Positions 29,777-37,293 of a stretch of 64,000 bases of DNA are shown here, one piece after another. The position numbers and the translations under genes were made by a program. How positions within the stretch are numbered: position 1 is the first letter of the stretch; each line of letters opens with the position of its first letter. The notes under the pieces were generated by a model. That model was not told the DNA's origin. It was given only the letters and a program-made list of their open reading frames with translations, and did not search any database. Source of the stretch: Patescibacteria group bacterium (GTDB lineage: Bacteria; Patescibacteriota; Minisyncoccia; 2-02-FULL-40-12; GWA2-44-9). The stretch is from positions 18,249 to 82,248 of the forward strand of contig JBBTSY010000007.1 of NCBI GenBank assembly GCA_038064515.1. Direction: 5' to 3'.

Positions 29777-30740
29777 CTGTTTTCGACCAATCGTAATCCC
29801 TTTCTAGTAAACGTGCTTTCCTGGCTTCGTAATAAGCCAGGACATCATAGATTGTTTCAATCGCCTTTCTCCTGCTTACAAACTTGGGGTCGACCTTGTG
29901 TTCCTTCGCCCACTCCTTCAATACTTCTTCCTGCTCATCCCAATTTTTATCCCTAGTTTCTTCAAGAAGCTCTTTCTTGACAATACTCCAGGCAAGCTCT
30001 ATTACTTCTTCAGTAGCAAACTTCTCCTCATCATACCAGTCCTGGTCATAAAATAAAGGAAACTTTTTTCTTAAATTCGCAATAGTTCCCATCGCTTCTT
30101 TACCTTCAAGCATTACTTTAGGCGATCGCAAGACAACCATAAAACCCTCCTTCTTTAACTGTTCAAGAGATTCTTTTGTCAGTCCCTGCTGGCGAACTTT
30201 TTCTCTCCACTTTTCAGAAATTAATCTAAGCTCTTCCTGATTAAATTTACGACCACTGAATTTTTCAGCCTCTTCAATTCCTAAAAAGTCTTCCTTAAAG
30301 ATTTCCTTCAACTCTTTAAGCTCTCTGACTTCTCCCATCTCCGGAGTAATCTGGTTCTGTATTTTCTCAAGAATTGCTAAAGCTCCTGGAATATCGTCTT
30401 TCGCAAAAAGTTCTTGAGCCTCTTTAGCTAATTCTGTAATTTGTCTTTCCTGTTCCTGGCCAAGGGTAATTTCTACAATCATCTTGCCTTGCATTGAATC
30501 TCCTGGCTTCGAATCTTCAACTATGCGAACCCTATACGCTCTCCCTGCTTCCGGAACTTGGGAAGACTGGCTAAGTATAATTATTTTTCTGTCGGGAGAG
30601 CTGTTGCGATATTCTATTGTCCCATCTTTCTTGCTAACCTCCGAAAATACAATATCTTCCAGAATTTTCTCCTGTGGTTCAGTTTCCAGCCTTTTCTCTG
30701 GTTTTTGGCCTATTTCGGGCCTAAATTGTGGTTTTTCCAT
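29661..30740 (-). CDS. DGR target protein 2 (paralog of target 1)
   Basis: Likely start MEKPQF at 30740; shares KNWD..EEVLKEWAK and LLER..DWS with target 1; ends in VR2. Confidence 0.92.
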   Translation of the reverse strand: MEKPQFRPEIGQKPEKRLETEPQEKILEDIVFSEVSKKDGTIEYRNSSPDRKIIILSQSSQVPEAGRAYRVRIVEDSKPGDSMQGKMIVEITLGQEQERQITELAKEAQELFAKDDIPGALAILEKIQNQITPEMGEVRELKELKEIFKEDFLGIEEAEKFSGRKFNQEELRLISEKWREKVRQQGLTKESLEQLKKEGFMVVLRSPKVMLEGKEAMGTIANLRKKFPLFYDQDWYDEEKFATEEVIELAWSIVKKELLEETRDKNWDEQEEVLKEWAKEHKVDPKFVSRRKAIETIYDVLAYYEARKARLLERDYDWSKTESSGGSFVCAGAFDSDGLGVDRDSRGNSDSTLGVCPAR

Positions 30741-30747
30741 GGTGGTA

Positions 30748-30776
30748 TTGACAAGTTGTATATATTTTGCTATAAT
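30748..30776 (+). promoter_or_regulatory. consensus sigma-70 promoter
   Basis: TTGACA-17 nt-TATAAT with extended TG. Confidence 0.85.
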
Positions 30777-30782
30777 GGCTAT

Positions 30783-30908
30783 AGAAACTTTAACAAGTCG
30801 GGGAGGAGCGGTTAGCCACACCGTAACCTCCAAAAAGGAGATCCGGCCCACCTTGTCCTAGCCACGGACGAGGAGCCACCCAGCCTCTATTAAAAATAGG
30901 GACTTTTT
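30783..30908 (+). ncRNA. candidate small RNA with two UAGCCAC-loop hairpins
   Basis: Perfect promoter upstream, two stems with identical loops, terminal hairpin plus T-run. Confidence 0.6.
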
Positions 30909-33067
30909 TATTTGCTCTCCGACCTTTCAAATTTCTGCAACTGCTTCTCTAAAATTTTTAATAACGATTGGGGCAGTTTCTGAATATCTGGAACTGGCAG
31001 TCCATTTTTATCATAATACTGTTTTATGGTTCTTTCCATACCTGGTCCAATACCTATTCCAATCAAAGGAATCTGTTTCGTCCATTTTCTAACTATTTCA
31101 CGCAACTCCCATTCTGATCCCGCATGGCGCGAACTTGGCGCCGGCTGTCCGTCAGAAAATACAATTAAGGCACCCGAAGCATCATTCTCTAATAATCTTT
31201 TCTGGAGACGTCTTGCCGCGCTGTCTACTGCAAAGCCATCGTCATTATATTGGGCACCCGATGACTTTACTTCTTTAAGCACCCTCATAATCTCCAATTT
31301 CTTTTTGCCAAAGTAGTTCTCATCAAATCCCTTGAGCTCGAGGAGTTGGGCATGAAAAGCCAATATTTCAAAAGGTACCCCTTTTTGTGAAAATGCCTCG
31401 GCCATTAAAATAGCTGCCTTCAATGCTTCCTGAATTTTTTCTCCATCCATGCTTCCGCTTACATCAACTAGCAGAGAAAAGGCAACGGCTTTAACCTCCG
31501 GTACATCTTTACGCTCAAAAAATCTGCCTTCTTGAGTGGGAATTTCCCTGGCAAGCTTTCGCGGATCAATTCTTTTACCGCGCCTATACCCGCCCTCCCA
31601 TTCCGCTTCTTCTTGAGGAGGGAAGACCTCATCGAGACGCTCAACAAGCATGCCGACATATTTTTTAATCTGAGAGTAATAAGCGTCATAGCGCTCCCTC
31701 TCCTCTTTAGTGAGGCCCGTCATTCTTTCTTTAAGATTTTCCTGAGTTGCTTCTAAATTCTTTTGAACTTCGCTCTTCGCTTGCTGGATTTGCTCTTGGC
31801 GCTTCTTCTCTCTTTCCTGGTATTCTTTCTCTTCCTCCAATGCCTGCTCAATATCCTCCTGGGTCACCATCTGAACCTGAATCTCCATGGTACCATCTTC
31901 ATTTTCTTTCATTTCAACCGATTTCGGCTGAAGCTGTTTGGTAAACTCTCTTTCTTCCTCGTCAAGTTTTTCTCGAGCTTTCTGCCTATATTGGTCCTTC
32001 TCTTCATCAGAAAGTTCGTCCCAATTTTTTTGACCGCCTTCTTTCTGCTTGCCGGCCTCCTCTTGTTTTTCTTGAGGCTCGCCTTTTCCTTCCTGATCTT
32101 CCTGTTTCTCTTTTTGGCTTTGATCCTGCTCTCCCTCCTCTTCTTTAGATTCTTGTTTTTGCTGTTCCTGGCCTTGACCGCCTTGCTGCTGTTGCTTATC
32201 TTGGGCATGCTGTTTCTGAGCTTCTTCCTCAATGTATTTATCAATTAATTCTTTAAATACTGGCCAGCCCTTTTCCCACATAACTTCTTTAAATGCTCTT
32301 CTACCCTTTGATTCATTAAGATATTCATCAAGCACTCCTTCAGTCTCCCCAAAAGCCTTTAATACTTTCTCGTCCTTGATCTTTGATTTCATTTCTTCAA
32401 AATCAAAATCTTCTATGAACGGCTCTGCTCCTTTTGCCCAGCAAAGAAGGCCGTACTGAATAGGCAAAGATTTCTTTTCAAAGTCATGCAATAAAGCCTG
32501 GGCGATATCTTCTTTTAAATATGCTCCCAAGCGGTGACGTGCCGTTCTGGATGTCTGGCCTTCCTGATTATTCGATCTGCCATCTTCCCAAGCATCGTAA
32601 ATTGTAAAAAGGTCTAACGGTTTATAGCCTTCCTGCTTGGCCAATTCTTGAGATTCCAATAGAGACTGATAATCGGAATGTTTGATATGGCCCATCTCAT
32701 GACGAAAAACTCCAAAGATATAATCTTCACTTCTTTCCAACAAATCTTGCTCCGGATAAGTCATGACCTCAGGTACTAGCAGTTTTTCATCAAAATCTTC
32801 CAAGCTTTTTTCTGGATGTTTTCTCCTCTCCTCTTCAAATTTCTTTGAAAGTCCAGCAGCCCAGCCCTGACCAGGAATAAGATTCAAGTTAAAGTTCTTG
32901 GAAAGATTTTTAGTCACGAACCGCAACTTATCTTTTAGCTCCTGAATTTCGTGAGGGCTTCTTTTCCTCCCCGCCTCCGGCTTCTCTGACATAGGATGAA
33001 AAGCAGACTCTAATTCAGGTCTTTCGTGCTGAGACTTAGGTTGTGGCTCAAAAGACTCTTTGCTCAT
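30908..33067 (-). CDS. vWA-domain protein (CobT/NorD-like) with N-terminal HExxH motif and Q/E-rich linker
   Basis: HEMGH and EDGR, low-complexity linker, MIDAS DVSGSM, SDGQP. Confidence 0.88.
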   Translation of the reverse strand: MSKESFEPQPKSQHERPELESAFHPMSEKPEAGRKRSPHEIQELKDKLRFVTKNLSKNFNLNLIPGQGWAAGLSKKFEEERRKHPEKSLEDFDEKLLVPEVMTYPEQDLLERSEDYIFGVFRHEMGHIKHSDYQSLLESQELAKQEGYKPLDLFTIYDAWEDGRSNNQEGQTSRTARHRLGAYLKEDIAQALLHDFEKKSLPIQYGLLCWAKGAEPFIEDFDFEEMKSKIKDEKVLKAFGETEGVLDEYLNESKGRRAFKEVMWEKGWPVFKELIDKYIEEEAQKQHAQDKQQQQGGQGQEQQKQESKEEEGEQDQSQKEKQEDQEGKGEPQEKQEEAGKQKEGGQKNWDELSDEEKDQYRQKAREKLDEEEREFTKQLQPKSVEMKENEDGTMEIQVQMVTQEDIEQALEEEKEYQEREKKRQEQIQQAKSEVQKNLEATQENLKERMTGLTKEERERYDAYYSQIKKYVGMLVERLDEVFPPQEEAEWEGGYRRGKRIDPRKLAREIPTQEGRFFERKDVPEVKAVAFSLLVDVSGSMDGEKIQEALKAAILMAEAFSQKGVPFEILAFHAQLLELKGFDENYFGKKKLEIMRVLKEVKSSGAQYNDDGFAVDSAARRLQKRLLENDASGALIVFSDGQPAPSSRHAGSEWELREIVRKWTKQIPLIGIGIGPGMERTIKQYYDKNGLPVPDIQKLPQSLLKILEKQLQKFERSESK

Positions 33068-33123
33068 TTAGGTATTGGGATTATATAAGTTCATTCTAAG
33101 TGTTAAGGGTATAAAAAGCAAAC

Positions 33124-33152
33124 TTGCCTATCGGCTCATTTTCTGCAATAAT
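33124..33152 (+). promoter_or_regulatory. putative promoter of the DGR template RNA
   Basis: TTGCCT-17 nt-AATAAT with extended TG. Confidence 0.6.
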
Positions 33153-33417
33153 GGTGGCGAGTCTTGTTAATAGAGATTAGGCTAAGGTTTAATCTTATGG
33201 GTCTCCTTTATTCATTCCTCACCAGAGTTCTTATGGCTACGGCTATAAGAAGTGGCGTGACCGGATATCGTAAGAGAGATGAAACTACGTGTTTTGTTTC
33301 AGTGTAGGTACTCCAGATTCGCATCGGGAGTTGCTACCAAGTAAAATTCAGGAGATGTTTCCTTTTTGAAACTATCCAGTGGCCATGAGGCGATTACAGA
33401 GGGGACAAAACACCAAG

Positions 33418-33537
33418 GTGCAGTCGTCCGACGGCAACTTCGTCTACGCTGGTAACTTCGATTCGGACGGTCTCAACGTCAACAACGATTCGCGTGACAA
33501 CTCGAATTCCAATCTCGGCGTCTGCCCCGCTCGGTAG
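33418..33537 (+). repeat. DGR template repeat (TR)
   Basis: Reads VQSSDGNFVYAGNFDSDGLNVNNDSRDNSNSNLGVCPAR*, 8 AAY codons, no third-position A; adenine-only differences to both VRs. Confidence 0.97.
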
Positions 33538-33556
33538 TATTATCTATCTTCCTCTG

Positions 33557-33585
33557 CTAAGAGCCTTCCAAATGAAGGCTCTTAG
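33557..33585. terminator. perfect 12-bp hairpin between TR RNA and convergent avd
   Basis: CTAAGAGCCTTC-CAAAT-GAAGGCTCTTAG. Confidence 0.75.
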
Positions 33586-33586
33586 T

Positions 33587-33727
33587 TTAATCCCGACTGG
33601 ATTTAATCCAGCCCCCAAGCATTTTACCGATTTCTTGGATATAGCCCTGACAGTAAATATAACGCTTCTCGTTTAAAATCTTTAAATCCGATAAAAGCCT
33701 TATAAATACCTTGAGCATATCCACTTT
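33587..33727 (-). pseudogene. avd: 3' half of DGR accessory variability determinant (Avd-like four-helix bundle)
   Basis: Minus strand reads KVDMLKVFIRLLSDLKILNEKRYIYCQGYIQEIGKMLGGWIKSSRD*; EIGxMLGGW is the Avd C-terminal motif. Confidence 0.85.
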
Positions 33728-33783
33728 CTAGGGTTATAATCTGCCGATATAAGCTCTTTAATTTTTACTTGGGTTATTTGCAT
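33721..33783 (-). pseudogene. 5' stub of a ParB-N-domain protein (phage methylase-like)
   Basis: MQITQVKIKELISADYNPRKW, then out-of-frame junction into avd. Confidence 0.65.
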
Positions 33784-33792
33784 AAATATAGG

Positions 33793-33813
33793 TTATCCAC
33801 TTTTTTATCCACA
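33793..33813 (+). promoter_or_regulatory. two DnaA-box-like sites
   Basis: TTATCCACT (33793-33801) and TTATCCACA (33805-33813) downstream of the replication gene. Confidence 0.5.
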
Positions 33814-33856
33814 AAGTTATCTAATAATAATTTCTCTTTGTTTCTCTAATACATTG

Positions 33857-34282
33857 TCAGTACGGAAGCCGTACCGCTTTTGGTCTAGTTTCCCTACCAA
33901 TTCTGGTATGTTTTCTGTACTGGTTCACTTTCCGTACTACCTCGTCCGCGACCATGGAAAGATTGATTTCATAGCAGTTGCCACGGAAGTCTTTTCGGAC
34001 CAGAATCGCTCCGGCCTTTGTAAGATTCGAAAGCGATTCGCTGACTACCGATCGCGACAATCCCGCGCCAAAGTCCAGGATTTTTCCATCCCTTGTCTTA
34101 ATGCCTTTCATAAATTGAGTGAAGCTGATCCGGTCCACCTGCTTGTGAAATCCGAACGTGCGCCGGCAGATATACAGAAGGCATTTGCCCTCGCCTTCCG
34201 GTATTAGAGGCAGAATCTTATCCAAAATAAGGTTGGGTATCTGAGTGCTATTGGGTATAAGATGTCTGTTTTCCTCTGGCAT
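33857..34282 (-). CDS. phage-type replication initiator (lambda O-like N-terminal wHTH)
   Basis: TQIPN..LD...LLYICRRTFGFHK..DRISFTQF. Confidence 0.75.
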   Translation of the reverse strand: MPEENRHLIPNSTQIPNLILDKILPLIPEGEGKCLLYICRRTFGFHKQVDRISFTQFMKGIKTRDGKILDFGAGLSRSVVSESLSNLTKAGAILVRKDFRGNCYEINLSMVADEVVRKVNQYRKHTRIGRETRPKAVRLPY

Positions 34283-34388
34283 GGTTTAAGCGCAATTGGG
34301 ACTAACTTTCGTTAGTCTTTGTTGCTATTAGACAGCTTTCCATTCCTGCCCCTCATGCTCTCGCGGTGAGGAACAGGATCGAAAGCCG

Positions 34389-34622
34389 TTAGCTGATGAT
34401 GTTAATTAACCTCTCGTTCTCCAGGAATGATTCGGATTTCAGAAGGTAATCCCCGTCATAGATATTGTTGTACTCAATATCGTATTCGTAGATTGCCGCC
34501 TTCTCGAAGTTTTCAATCGCCTCCATGATCTCGTCCATGGTTGGTGCTGATGCCAACTCTTCTTCCTGATCAGTTCCTGTAAATGCCACGTACCACTTAT
34601 CGGTTCGCGTGGACCTGGCCAT
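34389..34622 (-). CDS. acidic hypothetical protein
   Basis: 77-aa ORF overlapping the end of the AAA gene. Confidence 0.55.
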   Translation of the reverse strand: MARSTRTDKWYVAFTGTDQEEELASAPTMDEIMEAIENFEKAAIYEYDIEYNNIYDGDYLLKSESFLENERLINIIS

Positions 34623-35739
34623 TTCCTTTTCCGGGTCCAGCCTTGGCTTTCGTGCGTTCGGCTTTCTCCATCTCTTTCTGCTCGGCTTTCAATGCTTTTT
34701 GGACAAACTCTTGGATTTTGACAAATCCTCTTTCGAGCATATCCGGGTGCATCTGCTCAACTGCCGTCCAGCTTCCAGTATTGAAGCCGTACATAACCGC
34801 ATCAATCTTGAACTTCTTTGATTGAGCATCTTGGCCAGGCTTAACCTGGACCAGGTATGATTCAATCTCTTCAAGAATGATCTTCTTTCGCTTCCTGAAC
34901 ATTTCTTTATCATCTTCGGTCTTGAACAGATCACGCGCATCGCGTTCTCCGACTGTCGAGAGCTTCACTGGTGAATCAAGCATAACTTCGATAACCGGGG
35001 CAAAGTCCTCGTATGTCGGATCTTCGAAAGTCTTGCCATCAAGTACCGTAGATCGGTCCTTAATGATCGTGGCCCGTCTTGAAACTGATTTAACTGTGCT
35101 ACCTTCCATCTCCTGCAACCGTTCCATAAGCACGAGCAAATCAGGCTCGTAGGCGGTTTCGCCTTCAACCTTCATCTTTACGCCTGACTTGTAGATTTCA
35201 CGCTTGCCGGTATCGGCATTAACCTCGTTCTCATATTCGTATCCGGCGCGACCGCACATGACAACATGATACGGATCGCCGACGAACAGATCGCTGAATT
35301 CGGTTTTCCATGTCGGCTTAATGATTCCCCAATCTTGGAATTCAAGTCTTAATTTGGCCGACTTGCCGTACTTAGTCGGAGCTTGCTTGTATGATTCCAG
35401 AAAGTTCTCCCATACATGGGATATTGAATCAATGATCAAGATATCGCTGAAGCCTTCCCGCATTCGGGTCATGGTCTCCTTCAAGTCAGCCAAAGACTTG
35501 GACTCTTTCACCAGTAATTCGATTCCCTCTTGGGCGAATAGTGGCTTTAAGAACTTCGACGCCTTTTCGGTATCGAAGATAATAACTGGCTTTGTTGATC
35601 CTATCCTCTTGTATAAACCAACAGCTATTTTAGCTGCGGTATACGTCTTACCTGTTCCAGCAAAACCCTCAAAGGCCGCTTTGAAATACGGCTTGGTGTT
35701 TGCTACCGGAACGAAGAAATTATCTTTGTTCATTTGCAT
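34597..35739 (-). CDS. phage AAA_24/Sak4-like P-loop ATPase
   Basis: GFAGTGKT, IFDTE, IIDSISHVW, YEPD. Confidence 0.8.
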   Translation of the reverse strand: MQMNKDNFFVPVANTKPYFKAAFEGFAGTGKTYTAAKIAVGLYKRIGSTKPVIIFDTEKASKFLKPLFAQEGIELLVKESKSLADLKETMTRMREGFSDILIIDSISHVWENFLESYKQAPTKYGKSAKLRLEFQDWGIIKPTWKTEFSDLFVGDPYHVVMCGRAGYEYENEVNADTGKREIYKSGVKMKVEGETAYEPDLLVLMERLQEMEGSTVKSVSRRATIIKDRSTVLDGKTFEDPTYEDFAPVIEVMLDSPVKLSTVGERDARDLFKTEDDKEMFRKRKKIILEEIESYLVQVKPGQDAQSKKFKIDAVMYGFNTGSWTAVEQMHPDMLERGFVKIQEFVQKALKAEQKEMEKAERTKAKAGPGKGNGQVHANR

Positions 35740-35900
35740 TGCCAGAGAATATTTGCTAAAGTAACTTTAAGTTTGTGAAACGTCCCGAAAGGGCCGTTTT
35801 GCTTTTTATTCTCTGAGTTCATAGTTTTTAGTAATTCGCATCGGTGGGTTTGTTTTTTACCCAATATCGCTGGGTTACGTTCGACCTAAGGCGAAAACGA

Positions 35901-35927
35901 AAAACACCGTGTTTTGACGGTGTTTTC
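35901..35927 (-). terminator. element-supplied terminator downstream of rplK
   Basis: AAAACACCGT-GTTTTG-ACGGTGTTTT hairpin. Confidence 0.65.
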
Positions 35928-35964
35928 ATTGTTTTACTGGGTTTTTGCGAGTTCGTGGGGCCTT

Positions 35965-36387
35965 TTACTCTACGCTAATCCCCATGGAACGCGCGGTGCC
36001 CTCGACGATCTTCATCGCGGCGTCGACGTCATTGGCGTTCAGATCAACCATCTTTTTCTCGGCGATTTCCCGAACCTGAACTTTAGTGACCGTGCCAACT
36101 TTTTTCTTGTTTGGTTCGCCGGAACCTTTTTCAATCCCTGCGGCAACGCGCAAAAGGTATGCCACTGGAGGAGTCTTGAGCTTGAATTCGAATGTACGAT
36201 CTTCAAAGATCGTGATTTCAATAGGCGTCACTTCGCCCATCTTGTCTTTGGTTGCCTCATTAAACTGCTGGACAAATTGCTGAAGATTAATGCCGTGAGG
36301 ACCCAGGGCGGTACCAACCGGTGGCGCCGGTGTTGCTCGGCCGCCTTCGATCTGTAATTTTACCACTGCTTTTATTTTTTTTGCCAT
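35965..36387 (-). CDS. rplK: 50S ribosomal protein L11
   Basis: [23 protein letters not shown]. Confidence 0.98.
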   Translation of the reverse strand: MAKKIKAVVKLQIEGGRATPAPPVGTALGPHGINLQQFVQQFNEATKDKMGEVTPIEITIFEDRTFEFKLKTPPVAYLLRVAAGIEKGSGEPNKKKVGTVTKVQVREIAEKKMVDLNANDVDAAMKIVEGTARSMGISVE

Positions 36388-36391
36388 GATT

Positions 36392-36937
36392 TTATAACTT
36401 TTTTATCTGTAAGAAGTCCAGCTCGACGGGCGTTTCGCGGCCAAAGATTGTAACAAGCACTTTGACCCTTCCCTTCTCCGGATCAACTTCGGCAATCTTG
36501 CCATCGAAGTCCTTGAACGGACCGTCCGTGATCTTTACGCGATCGTCCACGGCAACATCAAGCTGATACTTCGGCTCTTCCACGCCCATGCGCTTGACCA
36601 AAGAATCAACCTCATCTTTCGAGAGCGGCGTTGGAACTGTACCGGCGCCGATAAAACCGGTTACATTCGGCGTATTGCGCACGACATACCATGAATCATC
36701 ATCGACAAGCATTTCTACCAATACATAACCCGGGTAGATCTTTTCTTCAATAGTCTCGCGCTTGCCGTTTTTGATTCTTATCTTTTTTTCCTTCGGGACG
36801 AGAACATTAAAAATCTTATCCTCAAAGCCAAGCGACTCAACGCGCTGCATGAGATTGCGAGCAACATTATCTTCATAGCCTGAATAGGTGTGGATAGCAT
36901 ACCAAAGACGTTCTGCAGTAGAAACTTGTTTAGGCAT
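36392..36937 (-). CDS. nusG: transcription factor NusG
   Basis: [20 protein letters not shown] motif, FGRETPVEL. Confidence 0.98.
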   Translation of the reverse strand: MPKQVSTAERLWYAIHTYSGYEDNVARNLMQRVESLGFEDKIFNVLVPKEKKIRIKNGKRETIEEKIYPGYVLVEMLVDDDSWYVVRNTPNVTGFIGAGTVPTPLSKDEVDSLVKRMGVEEPKYQLDVAVDDRVKITDGPFKDFDGKIAEVDPEKGRVKVLVTIFGRETPVELDFLQIKKL

Positions 36938-36938
36938 A

Positions 36939-37127
36939 TTAAGGTTTAAGAACGAATCGGTTAAGAACTTCGGTAAGAGCGAAGTCTAAAATGCCAAGAA
37001 AAATAGCGAGCGCCAGACTGATGCCGATTACCACAAAAGTGTAGTTAATAGTCTGCTGGCGGGTAGGCCAGCTCACTTTAGATAACTCCGCTCGTACATC
37101 TTTGAGATATGTGACAATCCGATTCAT
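36939..37127 (-). CDS. secE: preprotein translocase SecE
   Basis: ELSKVSWPT plus one TM helix; upstream of nusG. Confidence 0.95.
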   Translation of the reverse strand: MNRIVTYLKDVRAELSKVSWPTRQQTINYTFVVIGISLALAIFLGILDFALTEVLNRFVLKP

Positions 37128-37293
37128 GTGTATATAGAATATGTGACTATGCGGTTGCTACGCTGCGGATAGGTTAACGTAACTCAGATTTGCCTAATCC
37201 TGTCGGCAATAAATCTGCCTGATACGATTTTGTCTTTGTAAAAACGTATCAAAAACCGCCCCGGGGCGTACTTGTACCCTACTAGAGATCCTT

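Larger units (their letters stand above)
33159..33590 (+). ncRNA. DGR template RNA (structured leader + TR + 3' hairpin)
   Basis: No convincing ORF; several hairpins; long-range pairings to both TR flanks; bounded by promoter and 12-bp hairpin. Confidence 0.7.
24270..35998. mobile_element. decayed integrative element/prophage remnant integrated in the rplK 3' end, carrying a DGR
   Basis: Duplicated rplK C-terminus at both ends; 17-bp inverted repeat (24269-24285 vs 35915-35931, 16/17); integrase fragment, phage-type replication and AAA genes, R-M remnants. Confidence 0.85.

Noticed and set aside
30741-30851. N-terminal extension of target 2 in the ORF track
   Set aside because: Runs through the antisense promoter and candidate sRNA; MEKPQF at 30740 matches the paralog's start.
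30783-30908. HDV-like or hammerhead ribozyme in the candidate sRNA
   Set aside because: I could not build the nested double pseudoknot or find the CUGAUGA/GAAA core on either strand.
31763-32248. Hydrophobic 161-aa + strand ORF
   Set aside because: Antisense shadow of the Q/E/K-rich linker of the vWA gene.
26897-33537. CRISPR array suggested by the repeated sequences
   Set aside because: Only three dispersed ~120-nt copies with adenine-specific differences, no repeat-spacer periodicity and no cas genes; this is a DGR.
33494-33676. 60-aa + strand ORF over TR
   Set aside because: Overlaps TR, the hairpin and antisense avd; no protein signal.
35955-35963. tRNA 3'-end att fragment (GTGGGGCC)
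   Set aside because: Too short, no matching tRNA nearby, and the duplicated rplK end explains the integration site.
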